From: Felis catus
Taxonomy: Eukaryota
Assembly (NCBI RefSeq): GCF_018350175.1
Contig: NC_058368.1
Coordinates: 221,590,001-221,654,000 of the forward strand
DNA: 64,000 nucleotides
Direction of reading: 5' to 3'
Shown here: positions 49,881 through 62,516 of the stretch, one piece after another
How the letters are laid out: every line of letters begins with the position of its first letter
Numbering within the stretch: position 1 is the stretch's first letter
The notes under the pieces: generated by a model
Databases searched by the model: none
What the model was told of the DNA's origin: nothing
Seen by the model: the letters and a program-made list of their open reading frames with translations, nothing else
Made by a program: the position numbers and the translations under genes

Positions 49881-51544
49881 ACAGGGACGGATCCTGTTAA
49901 TAACTTGATGATCATTCTCAGGAAACGAGCAGGAGAATGTGTAACGTGTAGCAGTCCTAGCTAATTATCCCTCCCCCTTTTTTTTCAGGTAGTGCCCCCC
50001 TCTGACACATGCGCTCAGTATTTACTATCATTTTTGCTACAAGCTATATACCAAGTCTGTTTAAAAGCCTAATAGTTTTTCTATCCCGATTTACATTTTC
50101 TTAAGTGTAGAGTAGTCTTTTGTCTTAATCTGTGGAGACAAGATGTTGATTTGTAAGAAACACCAATTATCATATTACACTTGTGCTTTCCAATCTGCCG
50201 AGCTGCTGTAACACATTTGATGAAATTGAGCAAGGCCTGGCGATCCCTCTGGTGTCAGCAGCGAAGTGTCCACAGGGCACAGCATGGCAGAACTATTTTC
50301 AGGGCCATAGGATGTTACGACTGTGTGTTCAGGGAGCATTTTATTCCTCCGTTTGATTCCTATGTTTTTATTAGCGGTACAATTGCAAAGGTAATGCTAT
50401 TGACAGTTTTTGTGTGGCCTTGAGAGAAGTGTATGAATTGTTTTAGTAGCAGCCCAGTGACTCCCTAAACATAAACCATGCTGCATTGATAGTTGCTGTA
50501 GCAGCCACTGATCAGCAATAAATGTTAAAAATTAACAAGAAGTTCCTTTTTTTCCTAACCACCAAATGACTCTAAGCATTAAATATATGTTAGCAGGAGT
50601 TGCTTCTTGGCCACTGAGTGGTTCAAAACATTAAACATATTTTTAAAGTATTACTCTTTCCCCAGCCTCCAAGTGGTTGTAAACATTAAATATGTTTTAT
50701 AAAAACTGCTTTGCCAGCTACTGGCAGGATAGCTATGAACATCATTTTTCTTTAAAGTTGCCTTCCAGCTGCAGGACTGTTTTTTTTGTTTCTTTCTTTT
50801 CTTATTTGCTCTATTCTATTTATTTTTTTCTACACAAAAGCAGGCAAGAGGGAACCTTGGCCCAATTGTCTCTTGCTTTATGAGAAGTGATCACGGGAGC
50901 ACGGTGACACCTATATAAAACCATGCCGGCATTAGGAGTTCTCGGAGGTTCAATGGCTTGGACTGGGTATTCCACATAGGTATCAGCTACATTTTCCAAA
51001 CGAATTTTTGTGTCTGCTTTCCATTGTGCAAAGCATTGAGGTCTGAAGATGGGTATAAACTCAGCGTAGCATTAAGGAAAATAAATTCAAGCAACCAGAC
51101 ATGGATGGATTCTGCGCATTGATCAAGGTGAAAATATTCCATCAAGAGAACAGGCTCAAAGACAGGCAAAATGGCAGGACCAGGAAGTTAATGAGATCTT
51201 TAACCCAAACATGATGAAGGACTTGAAATCTATGTCTGCAAATAACTCAATGTGACAACTGCAAGCAATTCACACAGTGAAGCTCATGTCACTCTATGAA
51301 AGTCTATGCAGGAATTAGCCAGGAAATTGGTTTATTTTAACCACATTCGCAATGAAAATCAAGTGTGGCACCTGAGTCAATTAGAAACATGAATCCGCTC
51401 TGCCGATCACCAGCACAGTAATTCATCATCAAGCCAGATAATTACCCAGGAAAGGTCTTATTTCTACAGGATCCAAGTGTTTACCAAGTCATATAAAATT
51501 GTATTTTGCCAAATGTTCTATTCTAGGTATGTGTGCAACAGATT

Positions 51545-51656
51545 TAAATATTTAGGGATTACCCATTATGTACCAGGCACTTTTAGGTACAGGGGTTAGA
51601 ACAATGAGGAAAACAGACAAAACTCCTGCCCTCAGAAAGTTTCCGACGATCCAGTG
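51545..51656 (-). mobile_element. L2 3' end fragment
   Basis: attatgtaccaggcacttttaggtacagggg...aaacagacaaaactcctgccctca. Confidence 0.75.
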
Positions 51657-51845
51657 AAAGGGCAGCAAACTGTTCTGTGGGCTAGTCTGGCACATCAGCT
51701 GTTTTAGTGGAATGCAGTCACACTTCATTTACATATTGTCGGTGCCATTTCACACCACAGTGACAGTGCTGGCAAAAAACCATATGACCTGCAAAGACTA
51801 AAATATTTACTTTCTGGTTCCTTACAACAAGTTTGTTGAGCCATG
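51657..51845. mobile_element. MER58-like hAT-Charlie DNA transposon
   Basis: gggcagcaaact..., ttcatttacatattgtc, catatgacctgcaaagactaaaatatttactttctggttcctt...aagtttgttga. Confidence 0.8.
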
Positions 51846-51939
51846 AAATAGTGGATGGTGTATCAGAGGGAGTTAAGGTTAAAATTTTAAATAAATGTAT
51901 GAGAAAGAAGAGTGTTTGCCTTAGAACATGCCTCCTCAA

Positions 51940-52158
51940 GGGACGCCTGGGTGGGTCAGTCAGTTGAGCACCCGACTGCTTCGGCTTAGGTCATGATCTC
52001 GAGGTCTGTGAGTTCGAGCCCCGCGTCGGGCTCTGTGCTGACAGCTCAGAGCCTGGAGCCTGCTTCGGATTCCGTGTTTCCCTCTCTCTCTCTCTGTCCC
52101 TCCCCCGCTCATGCTCTGTCTCTCTCCTGTCAAAAATAAGTAAAACATTAAAAAAAAA
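51940..52158 (+). mobile_element. Young CAN-SINE (SINEC_Fc-like)
   Basis: CpG-rich. TSD agaacatgcctcctcaa (51923-51939) / agaaaatgccttctcaa (52159-52175). Confidence 0.96.
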
Positions 52159-52193
52159 AGAAAATGCCTTCTCAAAAAGAAATAAAAATTAAC

Positions 52194-52212
52194 GAAAGAA
52201 AGAAGAAAGAAA

Positions 52213-52265
<53 letters not shown>

Positions 52266-52267
52266 AA
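52194..52267. repeat. (GAAA)n tetranucleotide microsatellite
   Basis: Directly visible; lies outside the adjacent SINE's TSD. Confidence 0.95.
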
Positions 52268-53998
52268 TGGCAGGACCATAGGTAAAATGAAGAGTAGAAG
52301 CAAGTCCCATTTAGTTTTTGCTAAAAGAAATGGTTTGACTTGATTCTAGTCACTTAGGCATTGTCTCCAAATATTAAAGGTTCACAGTATAGTATTTTTT
52401 ATTTCCCAGCAGAAGTAATTCTTCTCTCCATTATGTAACCATATATATGTATATTTTTTTAATTAAAAGAAAAATTTTAAAATGAAACTAAGAAGGTCGA
52501 AGAGAATAACCTCTAGATTGGGTTGAACCATTCCTTCCTTATATGATTTCTCAGGTCTTGTTAAGTTCTTTCCCTCACTGAAATTTACTGGAAGCAAATG
52601 TAAACACAACATCCAGTATTAATGGCTGTTACCCAATAAGTGTTACAGGAGACTTTCTCAGAAAGTAGGGTCCCAGTGAGTTCATCAAGGTTGTCACTAT
52701 TTTCAGTCCTGACCAAGAAACTGAAACTTGTAGAAAAAAAAAAATTCGTGGCTACAATTTTACAAATAATTAGCAAAAATGAATATGAAAATATGGTACA
52801 ATTTGTTTAATTGGCAACAGTACTAGAAGAAGAAACATGTCAATTGAATTGTCGTCTGTGTTAATTTTGCCTCTGAGAAAAACATTGTAATGGGATAATT
52901 TCATGAAATGCTTTGATGGCAAGAAAGTGCCAAAATATGATTAGCTACTGCACAATTCAAATTAGACAAGAAAGCAATTGGTGGCAGCCTGAATATGGAG
53001 AGGTTTTGTTTCATGCCTTTTTCTTCTCTTTTTCCATGTGTTTAATCAAGGACATTTTGTTTGACAGTGAAATGATTTATACTGAAAACATTGTTATCAC
53101 AAGAATTTAGTAGAAACTTCACTATAAAAGGAGAAAACACACTTCCATTTTCTCAAATCTCTTAAAAAATATAATTGCCATCTGAAAGAATGTGTCATCT
53201 TCATAGAAGTAATACTTTTTATAACTGGTATTAAGTCCCTATTTAACTAAAGGCCGAATGAGAAGCAACTCACCCATACGATTATGTTTATATTTCTACT
53301 GTCAAATATATTCAGTTAGTATTTAAACTGGGTTATCTTTCATTATTTTTTATTTCTACCCAGTTATTCAGAATGGATATTCTAGAATTTTAAAAGGTCG
53401 TTTAAATTTTGCTACCTATATTCCATATCCCTGGTTCTTTTAAAAAATAATCTGGTATATACCTAAACTAATAAAGGGGATTATGCATTCATTTTCTAGC
53501 AGATCTTAGCTTTGTACCAAAGGTTGCTTAAATACAATGTATAGAGATTCTCTTTTGTATTTTTTAAAATGGGATTTATGTGTCACCTGAACCATAACAG
53601 ATCCTTATGGCATATCACCAAGAACACTGTCTTCCTATGTTAATTCCTCATAACAGAAGCAGGTTTAGAGATTTTAAATGTGGGACAGCTATTAAACAGT
53701 TTTGAATGTTTTCTTATGATAATAAGATTCTTTTATTTGTTAAATAGCAGGAGAAAGGACTTTTCAAGATTATTTTTTCCGTGCATACATTTACTTCTCA
53801 AGAGGATGGCTTATGGAAAGTATCTTAAAAAGGACTAGTACAAGTGAAAAAAAGGAAGTTGAAAGAGTGTTCACTGAACACTGGAAAGAAATAATTGTCT
53901 TAATTGCAGAAAGGCAGAATATTATAGTGAAAACAAAATAGGCTTTGGAGTACCAAAGGTCTGGATTCAAGCTTTGCTAAAGTATGGGGGAATATTTA

Positions 53999-54232
53999 TT
54001 TTTTTTATTTTTTTTTAATTTTTTTTCAACGTTTATTTATTTTTTGGGGGACAGAGAGAGACAGAGCATGAACGGGCGAGGGGCAGAGAGAGAGGGAGAC
54101 ACAGAATCGGAAACAGGCTCCAGGCTCTGAGCCATCAGCCCAGAGCCTGACGCGGGGCTCGAACTCACAGACCGCGAGATCGTGACCTGGCTGAAGTCGG
54201 ACGCTTGACCGACTGCGCCACCCAGGCGCCCC
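53999..54232 (-). mobile_element. Very young SINEC_Fc-type CAN-SINE inserted in a MIR remnant
   Basis: Minus strand reads ggggcgcctgggtggcgcagtcggtcaagcgtccgacttcagccaggtcacgatctcgcgg. Many CpGs intact; perfect TSD tatgggggaatattta (53983-53998 / 54235-54250). Confidence 0.97.
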
Positions 54233-55444
54233 TATATGGGGGAATATTTAGATAAGTGTTTCCTTTTGGTAAAGCTCAGATGGGGAGCACTGTTTTTATA
54301 AGGATGGAAAGAGATACTATTTGTAAACAAAAAAACAACCAAACAAAACCAAAAAACCAAACCTGAGAAGGGTTTCAATAAATACTAGTCACTGACTCCT
54401 TGTTTCCTTCAGCAGCTTTTTCTATGGGGTTTTCGATTTGGAGCAGATAAGAGCCTTTGATTACTTTTCTCTCTTCATCTTTGTAATTATTCTTAGCGAA
54501 TCACATAAGGATGTTTCCAAAAAACATCTCCTTTCAGTATTTATATATTTTAAAAACCACTCATCCAAAAATATATGAATAGTGACGCAAGACATAGGAA
54601 ATAACATATAATTTGTATAAAATATCAGGAAATACTGTGCATAAATATGTCTACTGGATGTTAAAAGCAATGTCTTTTGGTTCAAATTCATGAAAATAGA
54701 CTGAACAAACACATTTATTTCTTCTTTGTTCCAAAACACCGCTGAAATAACAGAATGCAATGCTTAAAAATATAACTATAGGAAGCATAGAAATGTTCTA
54801 CTAAAAGACCAAAGAGGAAGGAATTTTTGAAGAATAAAGGTTATGTCAGAGGGACTTCTGGTTTGGGCCACAATAGAATTGTTGGTCTTAGGCTTGGATT
54901 TTCACCATAAACATGATAAAACTGAACAACATATACGACGCAACAGTTTTTATGTATGTGACAAAAAATATAAACTTGTCAACCTTGAGAGAAGGGAAAG
55001 CCATGAAATAAGCCTACATTTAGCTGAATTCTGATTGGGGCACTTTTGCTACTATGACACTACGTGGAGTCTAAGAATAATAAGCCAAGACATAGAGATT
55101 ACAGCCTGGAGTTGCTCAAGTGACTGCAATTTGAGACCTGCTGAAGTGGTTGGAATTAGTGTAGGGAAGTAAGGAGAAGCTCAAAGAAACACTGCAAAAG
55201 CCAGAGTGAGGTTTTAGCCTGGGTTTTCACCAAGGGCTGATCTGTGCCGAAACAGAATCAGTGTCTGGGGGGCTGCAGGACCGAGATACCAAAGGTAACA
55301 CAAGGCAGGGAGAAGTTGAAGTTACTGACTAGTCACAGGGAAGATTTCATTGAACATCTCAGACACTTACACGAGACACCAGAAAGGCTATGCATTTTTA
55401 GGAGCACAATCATGTGTCCTTCAATAAAGGCTGTGCCCTATGTG

Positions 55445-55651
55445 TTTTAAAAAAATATTTTAATGTTTATTTATTTTTAAGAGGTGGGGGCAGAGAGAGA
55501 GAGGGAGACACAGAATCTGAAAGCAGTCAGCACAAACACCAAATCTGAGTTGTCAGCACAGAGCCTGACACGGGGCTGGAACTCCGGCACTACAAGATCA
55601 TGACTTGAGCCGAAGTTGGGTGCTTAACCAGCTGAGCCACCCAGATGCCCC
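55445..55651 (-). mobile_element. CAN-SINE inside L1
   Basis: taatgtttatttattt tail, gtcagcacagagcc, gctgagccacccagatgcccc. Confidence 0.94.
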
Positions 55652-56481
55652 TACCCTAAGCCTAAGAACAAAAATGAAAGAGACTTTTCTTCAAAAAGAG
55701 TTAAACTAGGACTGACAAATTCAAAAATATTTGCCAGTAGTTTAACTGCCCTCAACGGATTAAGTCTTTTTGTAAGAAGATAATATACAGATTTTCTACA
55801 GTGGTTTATTTAAAACTTTCAGCATGAAATAAAAACAAATATAATTTATTCAAAGAAGCAGAAAAATGTGATCAATAATCCAAGAAAAAAGTCAATAATA
55901 TTAGACATCATGATGACTCAGATGTTAAAATGAATAGATAGATATCTATTATAAATATATTTTGAGACCGATGGAAAAGATGGTCATGATGATAGAATAG
56001 CAAATAGTAAATTATGAAAATAGACATTCTGGAAATAACAAGTGCAATAATATATGAATTAATAATAATATGAATAATAATATGAATTAATAATTCATAG
56101 GCAGGGCTTAATATCAAATTGCAGCTACTAGGAAAACTACAAATAACATTGAATTCAGAGTCTGTGAAATTACACACTCTGAAATAAAAGGGAAAAATTG
56201 TTGAGATAAATAAGAAACTAACATGGATAATATCAAACCATTAAACATATGTATACTTGGAGTCCATGAAAGATGAGAGATAGAATGGGGACGAAGCAAT
56301 ATATTTGAATAAATAATTACCAATGCTTACAATTTTTGACTAAAAATTTCAATGTAAACATCCAAGAGCCTCAAACAGCAATATACACAAAAAGGCTAAA
56401 ATAAACTAAAAAATAATCAAAAATATCCATTTAGCCTATGGTAAAACTGGAAAGGAAAGAAAAAGGAGTAACAGCAACTGG

Positions 56482-56484
56482 AAA

Positions 56485-56535
<51 letters not shown>

Positions 56536-56536
56536 A
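56482..56536. repeat. (TAAA)n microsatellite
   Basis: Directly visible. Confidence 0.95.
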
Positions 56537-56627
56537 TGCATGCCTCAAACAGACAGTAAACAAATAATCACATGGTAGACTTAAACACATTCACATTGGT
56601 GATTAAATATAAATGTAGTAAATGCTT

Positions 56628-57030
56628 GGATCAGTTTACTAAGGCAACTGTAGCCATGTACCACAATATCAGTAGCTTAAAAAACAAAGTTATTGTCTCA
56701 CATTTCTCAAGGGTAGAAGTCTAAAATCAAGGTTTCGGTTTCTTTGGCAGACCGAGGCACAATCTGTTCTAGACTTCTCTCCTTCCTTGGCTTATAGATG
56801 GCTAACTTCATGCTCACATGTTAGCCGCTTAACTGATTGAACCACCCAGGTGCCCCCAAAGTTTTCCTTTTTATAAGTACACCCATCATATTAGATAGGG
56901 ATCCTAATGACCTCATTTTAACTCAATTACCTCTGTAAAGATCTTTCCTCCAAATAAGGCCATATCCTAAAGTAATGAGGGTTAGAATCCCTACATATTC
57001 TTTTAGGAGTAAATAATTCAATGCATAACA
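56628..57030 (-). mobile_element. MLT1B/C-like LTR inside L1, carrying a 36-bp SINE head remnant (56821-56856)
   Basis: tagaagtctaaaatcaagg, taatgacctcattttaact...ccaaataaggccatatcc...aattcaatgcataaca. Confidence 0.85.
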
Positions 57031-60000
57031 CACTAAAATTAAGAGGCAGTAATCTGCAGGCTATATAAGAAAGATTAAACTACGTGCTGTCTACTATGAA
57101 GGCACTTTAGATATAGAGATAAAAATAGGTTAAAAAATGAAATGAAGAAAGATATACTATGAAAACCATAAGCATAATAAAGCTGATGTGGCTTTTTAAC
57201 ACCAGACAAAATATTCAAAACAAGATGAATTATCAGAATTAAAATGAGATATACGAAGTGCAAATTCCTCATGAATGTATATACACCTAGTTACAGAGCT
57301 TCAAAATGCATGGAGTAAAAACTGACAGAACTAAATGGAGACATAGGAAAACATTTACTTATAATCAGAGATTTTAACCCTAAAATTTCAATAATATATA
57401 CAAATGGAAGGTTTCACTACTATCATTCAATGAAGTCTATTTTCATTTATAGAACATTGAACACAAACCTGTGATGACATTTTAATCAAATTTACATGGA
57501 ATATTTATGAAGGACTATGTATTCTAGTCCCTAAAACTGTATAAATCTTCTGAGATGAAGCAATGATGTCTACATTGTTTGGGATATTGGTTAAATGAAT
57601 GCATACATCTGTGAAAAGTCAAGAAAATGAACACTTAAGTTTGATGCATTTTACTGTATCTAAATTCTAATAAATAACAAGTACATAGGTAGGTAGGTAG
57701 ACAGACAGATAAGTGAATAAAAAAATAAGAAAGTCAATCAATCAACCAATCAGTAAATATTATATAAAAATACTATGTAAAAAAGTTAATCCCTGTAAAG
57801 GTGAGTAACCCATATCCTTTACTGGCAAAAATGAAGACTTTATGCAAATGTTACTTTTTGTTTAGACCCCCAAATAACCCCCAAATCAGAAGTAGAAGTA
57901 ATGGAATTTTGTTCATACTGTAAGAGTTGGTCAGGAAATTTATTACAGATGATCTTGCCTCCTATTCATGGGAAATGTTTGTCTGAAGTCTTTGCTTTTA
58001 GAAGAAAGCACTCAGTTTGGCGATCTAAATTATGAGTTGCAAAATAGGTGCTTCCAAGCATTAGAGATCAGTAAGAACACGATGCTGAACATGGTGGCAA
58101 GTATGAAGGATGGAGATGCCCCCACTTTAAGAAGACTTGTATACCGAGCACTGAAAGGAAAGCTCACACCTATAAACGTAGTTGTTTCTCTGTAATTATT
58201 TTAAGTGCTTTCTAAATTTTTTTAGCAGTAAAATACTTATCATCATCTAATATTGTTCAATACTCAGTCTTTGTGGGTTTATTTGGCTTTATATTGGTTC
58301 TGTTGGCTCTAGCTTATTATGCCTTGTATCGTATTCTATGAGAATATTGTAAGATTGGATTGAAATTATCATTACAAAGCATTTGAAGTTGAAATTGCTT
58401 CTACCTGGTCACTGCACGAGTGGCTCTACCTTACGCAGTGTTCAAGTCTTTAGATTGGCTGGGTCACACAAACTCAGGCTGTGAGATCCAGGATGGGACT
58501 GGTTGACATCTGGGTCATTTTACTCTGAGAGTGTAGGCTTTGGTGATATTAATCTCTTGGGAGACAACTCTTCTAGACTTCTAACATACGTTAGATTTGG
58601 GCTTGTGTTTCTTTCTCATTCACTGTGAGATTTTCAAATAAATATTTATATTTGTAGAAATTTGCTGCTGGAAACATAATATCCATATCTGTTTGGATTC
58701 CTCTTTTCTCTCCTAATTTGGCCCCATAATTTACTAAAATCATATAAACTCTCAAGGTTTTTAAAAAGTGTTTTAAAATGTATTGTGACAAGTAATTTTG
58801 GTTATTTTCATGGGAGTTATAGTCCAAATAACATTCCTGCATTCCTGGAGAGTGAAATCTTTGCTTATTTGTATATGCAGTCCATTTTATATTTTGGACC
58901 ATTTGTCATTTTTCTGATTAATTTTATTTTAGAACTCATTTTTGAAACCTCTATTTTATGTGAAAAGAGATTGGTGTTTCATTAAGACAACACTATCTCC
59001 ACTAATTTCCACCCGAATGACCATAGGCAAGTGAGTTCATATTGGCAAGCAACTGTTTTCTCATTGTAAAATGGACATACATAACCGGGCTCTGTATGGA
59101 TTAAAGAAATTAATGTGTAAACATCTAACGTAATACCTGAAAATAATAAAAACAGAATAATTAACTCCTCAGCCATCCTATCTGCCACTAAAGTTCTTGG
59201 ATATGAATATCACAAGGAAACACATTACATAACCACCTACCCAATAACGTGGATTGCATTGTCTTCTGGGACAAGTACTTCTTCCAAACAAATCAGACCA
59301 CGTCACTCATATAACTTCCTTCTGTATTTTATAAATTCCTGATATTATCCTGTTTGCATTGAATACAAGGTAAACTCTTTGCTCACAATCATAACCAAAT
59401 AGTACCTAGAGAATAAAAGCTTCTAAGACAGGCCAAGAGTCAATTCAATTAATAGTTTATCTCTCCCTCTTTCAGAAATGCATCCTTTCTTACTCCAGTA
59501 GTAAAATCTCTTGTTTTACGACAATAAAGCAAATGCTCTGACAGTTATAAGCAGCATACAGAGTTCCAGAATGTAGTCTCACATCTGAATTTTAGCTTAT
59601 GAACATTATCATTATTATATTTTGCAGATCATTTAATTTACTAATAAAGTTACATTAACTCGGTACTGCGAAGCCATGTATTTTCCCACCCGGTGTGGTA
59701 AAGCAGAATGGACTGGCAATTAGTGGTCCTCATTTCTGAATGATGATTCAACATTAATTTAGATATACAACACAACACACACACACTACTCAGGGGAGGG
59801 AAGATGGGGAAACAAAGGACACATGTTCAGACACACAGAAGAAATAGGTAACATCTACTTTTGACTTCAAGAACAGGAGGGAGAGGAGTCTCAATAATCT
59901 AAGCAAATATTCTAAGTGTTCTTGATTAGCTAACCTGTGTAGTTAAGTAGGTATTTTGTTGCCAATCAATATGCCAGAATCAAAATTACAGCAATAAAAG

Positions 60001-61299
60001 TAATTATTATCATCAGGTTATAAAAAATAATATTTGTGTGCTCAACAGCATTATCTACATATTCTGGTTAAAGAATATGCTGCTGAAAGAAGGAAAGGGG
60101 TTGAGCTTATTTTCACATCTTAGAAATATATATATTTTTTAATCTATGTCGACCTATGGGATGAATGCTATACCATTCCAATGTTATCAATTAATTTGTG
60201 ATTGGTGTCTATTTGCTTGTAATTTTTTCCCATGGCTCTAGTCTGATAAATGCCATATTATGACTTTTACAAACTCTCTGAGAGTTTCAGTAATGCCTAA
60301 TTTTTAGTCTTAAATTTAAAAAATATAATGTGAATCTGTTCGTGCATACATCAAACCATGTATGTTCATACATATTCCAAACCCTAAGAGGGTTAATAGA
60401 AATTTTAAAATATTAGGTATAATTTTAAATTACATATATACACAGTGTTTAAAAACATAGGATCTGTCCAGTCCCTACCCTTATATATATGTATAAACAT
60501 ATATGTAATAACAAATAATACAAACACTAAATAATATAAATCTCTTTAAAAGCGTTATTATGCTCTAACAGAATAGCTATGAATTGAAGATCTTTTCCAC
60601 CACTCTCCTACCACAGAGCCATATTTCTACAAACCTTTCTCCACTTTCACATGACACAGCCAAAATTATAAATTGGAAAACTCAGCCACTCCTTATTTAT
60701 CTTTTCCTTCATTATCTTTTCCTGCCAGTTCATCCTAAACGAAGATAAACCAGTCCACTCCCAAAGGTTTTCACACTTTCACTGAGGTAGACTGGGGTTG
60801 ATGTTGAATATCTTTCCCTGCTAAAGTCTGCCATCTGTTTCTGGGCTTAAGCAGTTGGTCTGCTCCCACTATTTGAGGGAAAGGTTCTTCCTTTTCTTCT
60901 CCAATGGAGCTGAAGCACCTTCATTTACATGATTAACATAATGCAAGGAAGTGCTTTCTTTCATTATCAAAGACAGCTGCTTCAAAGAGATTTTCTTTTA
61001 GTACAGAATAATAACTGGCATGTTTTTCTGTGTATTTTTGTTTTGCATATAAATATAAATTTATTTCAGTTTCCTCAAGTAAGGTAGAATTGGAAAGGGA
61101 AGTTATGAAGTCTTTTCAGAAGGAAGGTAGTAGACAATGTTTATAAACGTTAACACTGTTAAAAAATCATTGTGGCTATGTCAAAACTAATGATACTTCT
61201 TTTATCATATTGAAAACCATGTTATTTTTGTGAATGACAATGTGTTCTAAAATATTTAGAAACAAAATTTTACTTTTTAATTTAAAAAAATTATGTTGC

Positions 61300-62468
61300 T
61301 GATTTGATACTAACATAGCCTTGCCTGGATGTTTAAAATCAATATTTGCCTGATATATCTTTATCTTTTTACTGTCAGCCAACCTAGGTTGCATTTGAAG
61401 TTTCGTTTCATGTAGATAGCATGTTGTTGGCTCTTTTTTGTTTTTCTTTGTTTCTTATCTACTCTGTCAACCTGTATCTTTTAGTTGGTTTATTTAGACC
61501 ATTTACATTTAACTTTAACTTAACTGTTGATATGTTGTGGCATAAGTCTGCCATTTGTTATTTGCTTTTTAAGTTTACTAAGTTTCTCATTCCCCTGTTT
61601 CTCTTTTTTTGCCTTCCTATGGGGTATATAAACACTTTAGGATACCACCTTTATTTTAGTGTTTTTGTAAGTATATAATTTGCTTAGTTTTCTTAGTGGC
61701 TCTAGTTAACACAATATACATGTGTAAATTATCACAGTTTATTATTATTAATGTTTCACCATTTTGCATGAAGCATAGGAAGCTTATTACCATGTAAGTC
61801 CTTTCACCCTTTCTACTTCTAAAATATAATCATCTTAAATATTTCCTCAGCATTCATTGAGGACCTCATCAGATAGTATAGTCCTTTTCATTTCAACTAT
61901 TGTATATGCTTTCATAAATTCATAAAAAGTATATCATATTTATTCCTGTATTTGCCCATTTAGAAAGACTTTTTTTTGAAGTTCCAAGTCTTTTTCTTTC
62001 CTCATTCCTTTTCTTTGTAGAGAACGTTCATTAGACATTCTTTAAGAGTAGAACAGCTTCTTTCAGCTTTTTTTTTCTTTCATTTTGCAATTTCTCTCTT
62101 TCCATTTTATATCTGAAAGATGTGAATATTGGATCTAGAATTCATAGTCCATAGTTCTCTGTGGTACTTCAAAAATCTTGTCCACTGCCTCCCACCTTTA
62201 TGGTTTCAGATGAGAAATCTGCTATCACTTAAATTATTGTTCTCCTCTAAGAAATGTGCCATTTTTCTTTGTCTACTTTCAACATTTCAATTTGTTCTTC
62301 ACTTTCAGAAGTTTAATTATTGGGGCACCTGGGTGGCTCTGCCAGTTAAACATCCGACTTTGACTCAGGTCGTTAATATCATGGCTCTTGGATTCAAGCC
62401 CCATGTTGGGCTCAAGCCCCATGTTTGGCTCAATGCTGACAACTCAGAGCCTGGAGCCTACTTCGGAT

Positions 62469-62516
<48 letters not shown>

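Larger units (their letters stand above)
54847..57680 (+). mobile_element. Old L1M element: 5' region, ORF1 and ORF2 endonuclease remnants joined to an L1 3' terminus
   Basis: Start gagggacttctggttt; ORF1-like atacttggagtccatgaa and aaacatccaagagcctcaaaca; EN-like ctacgtgctgtctac...aaagctgatgtggc...cagacaaaata; 3' end gaacacttaagtttgatgcattttactgtatctaaatt...aataaa. Confidence 0.75.

Noticed and set aside
50240..50258. CTCF-like ACACCAGAGGGATC on the minus strand
   Set aside because: Three mismatches to the core, including the GGC position.
487..57849. Scattered octamer ATGCAAAT sites (about seven seen)
   Set aside because: The count is near the rough chance expectation for AT-rich 64 kb.
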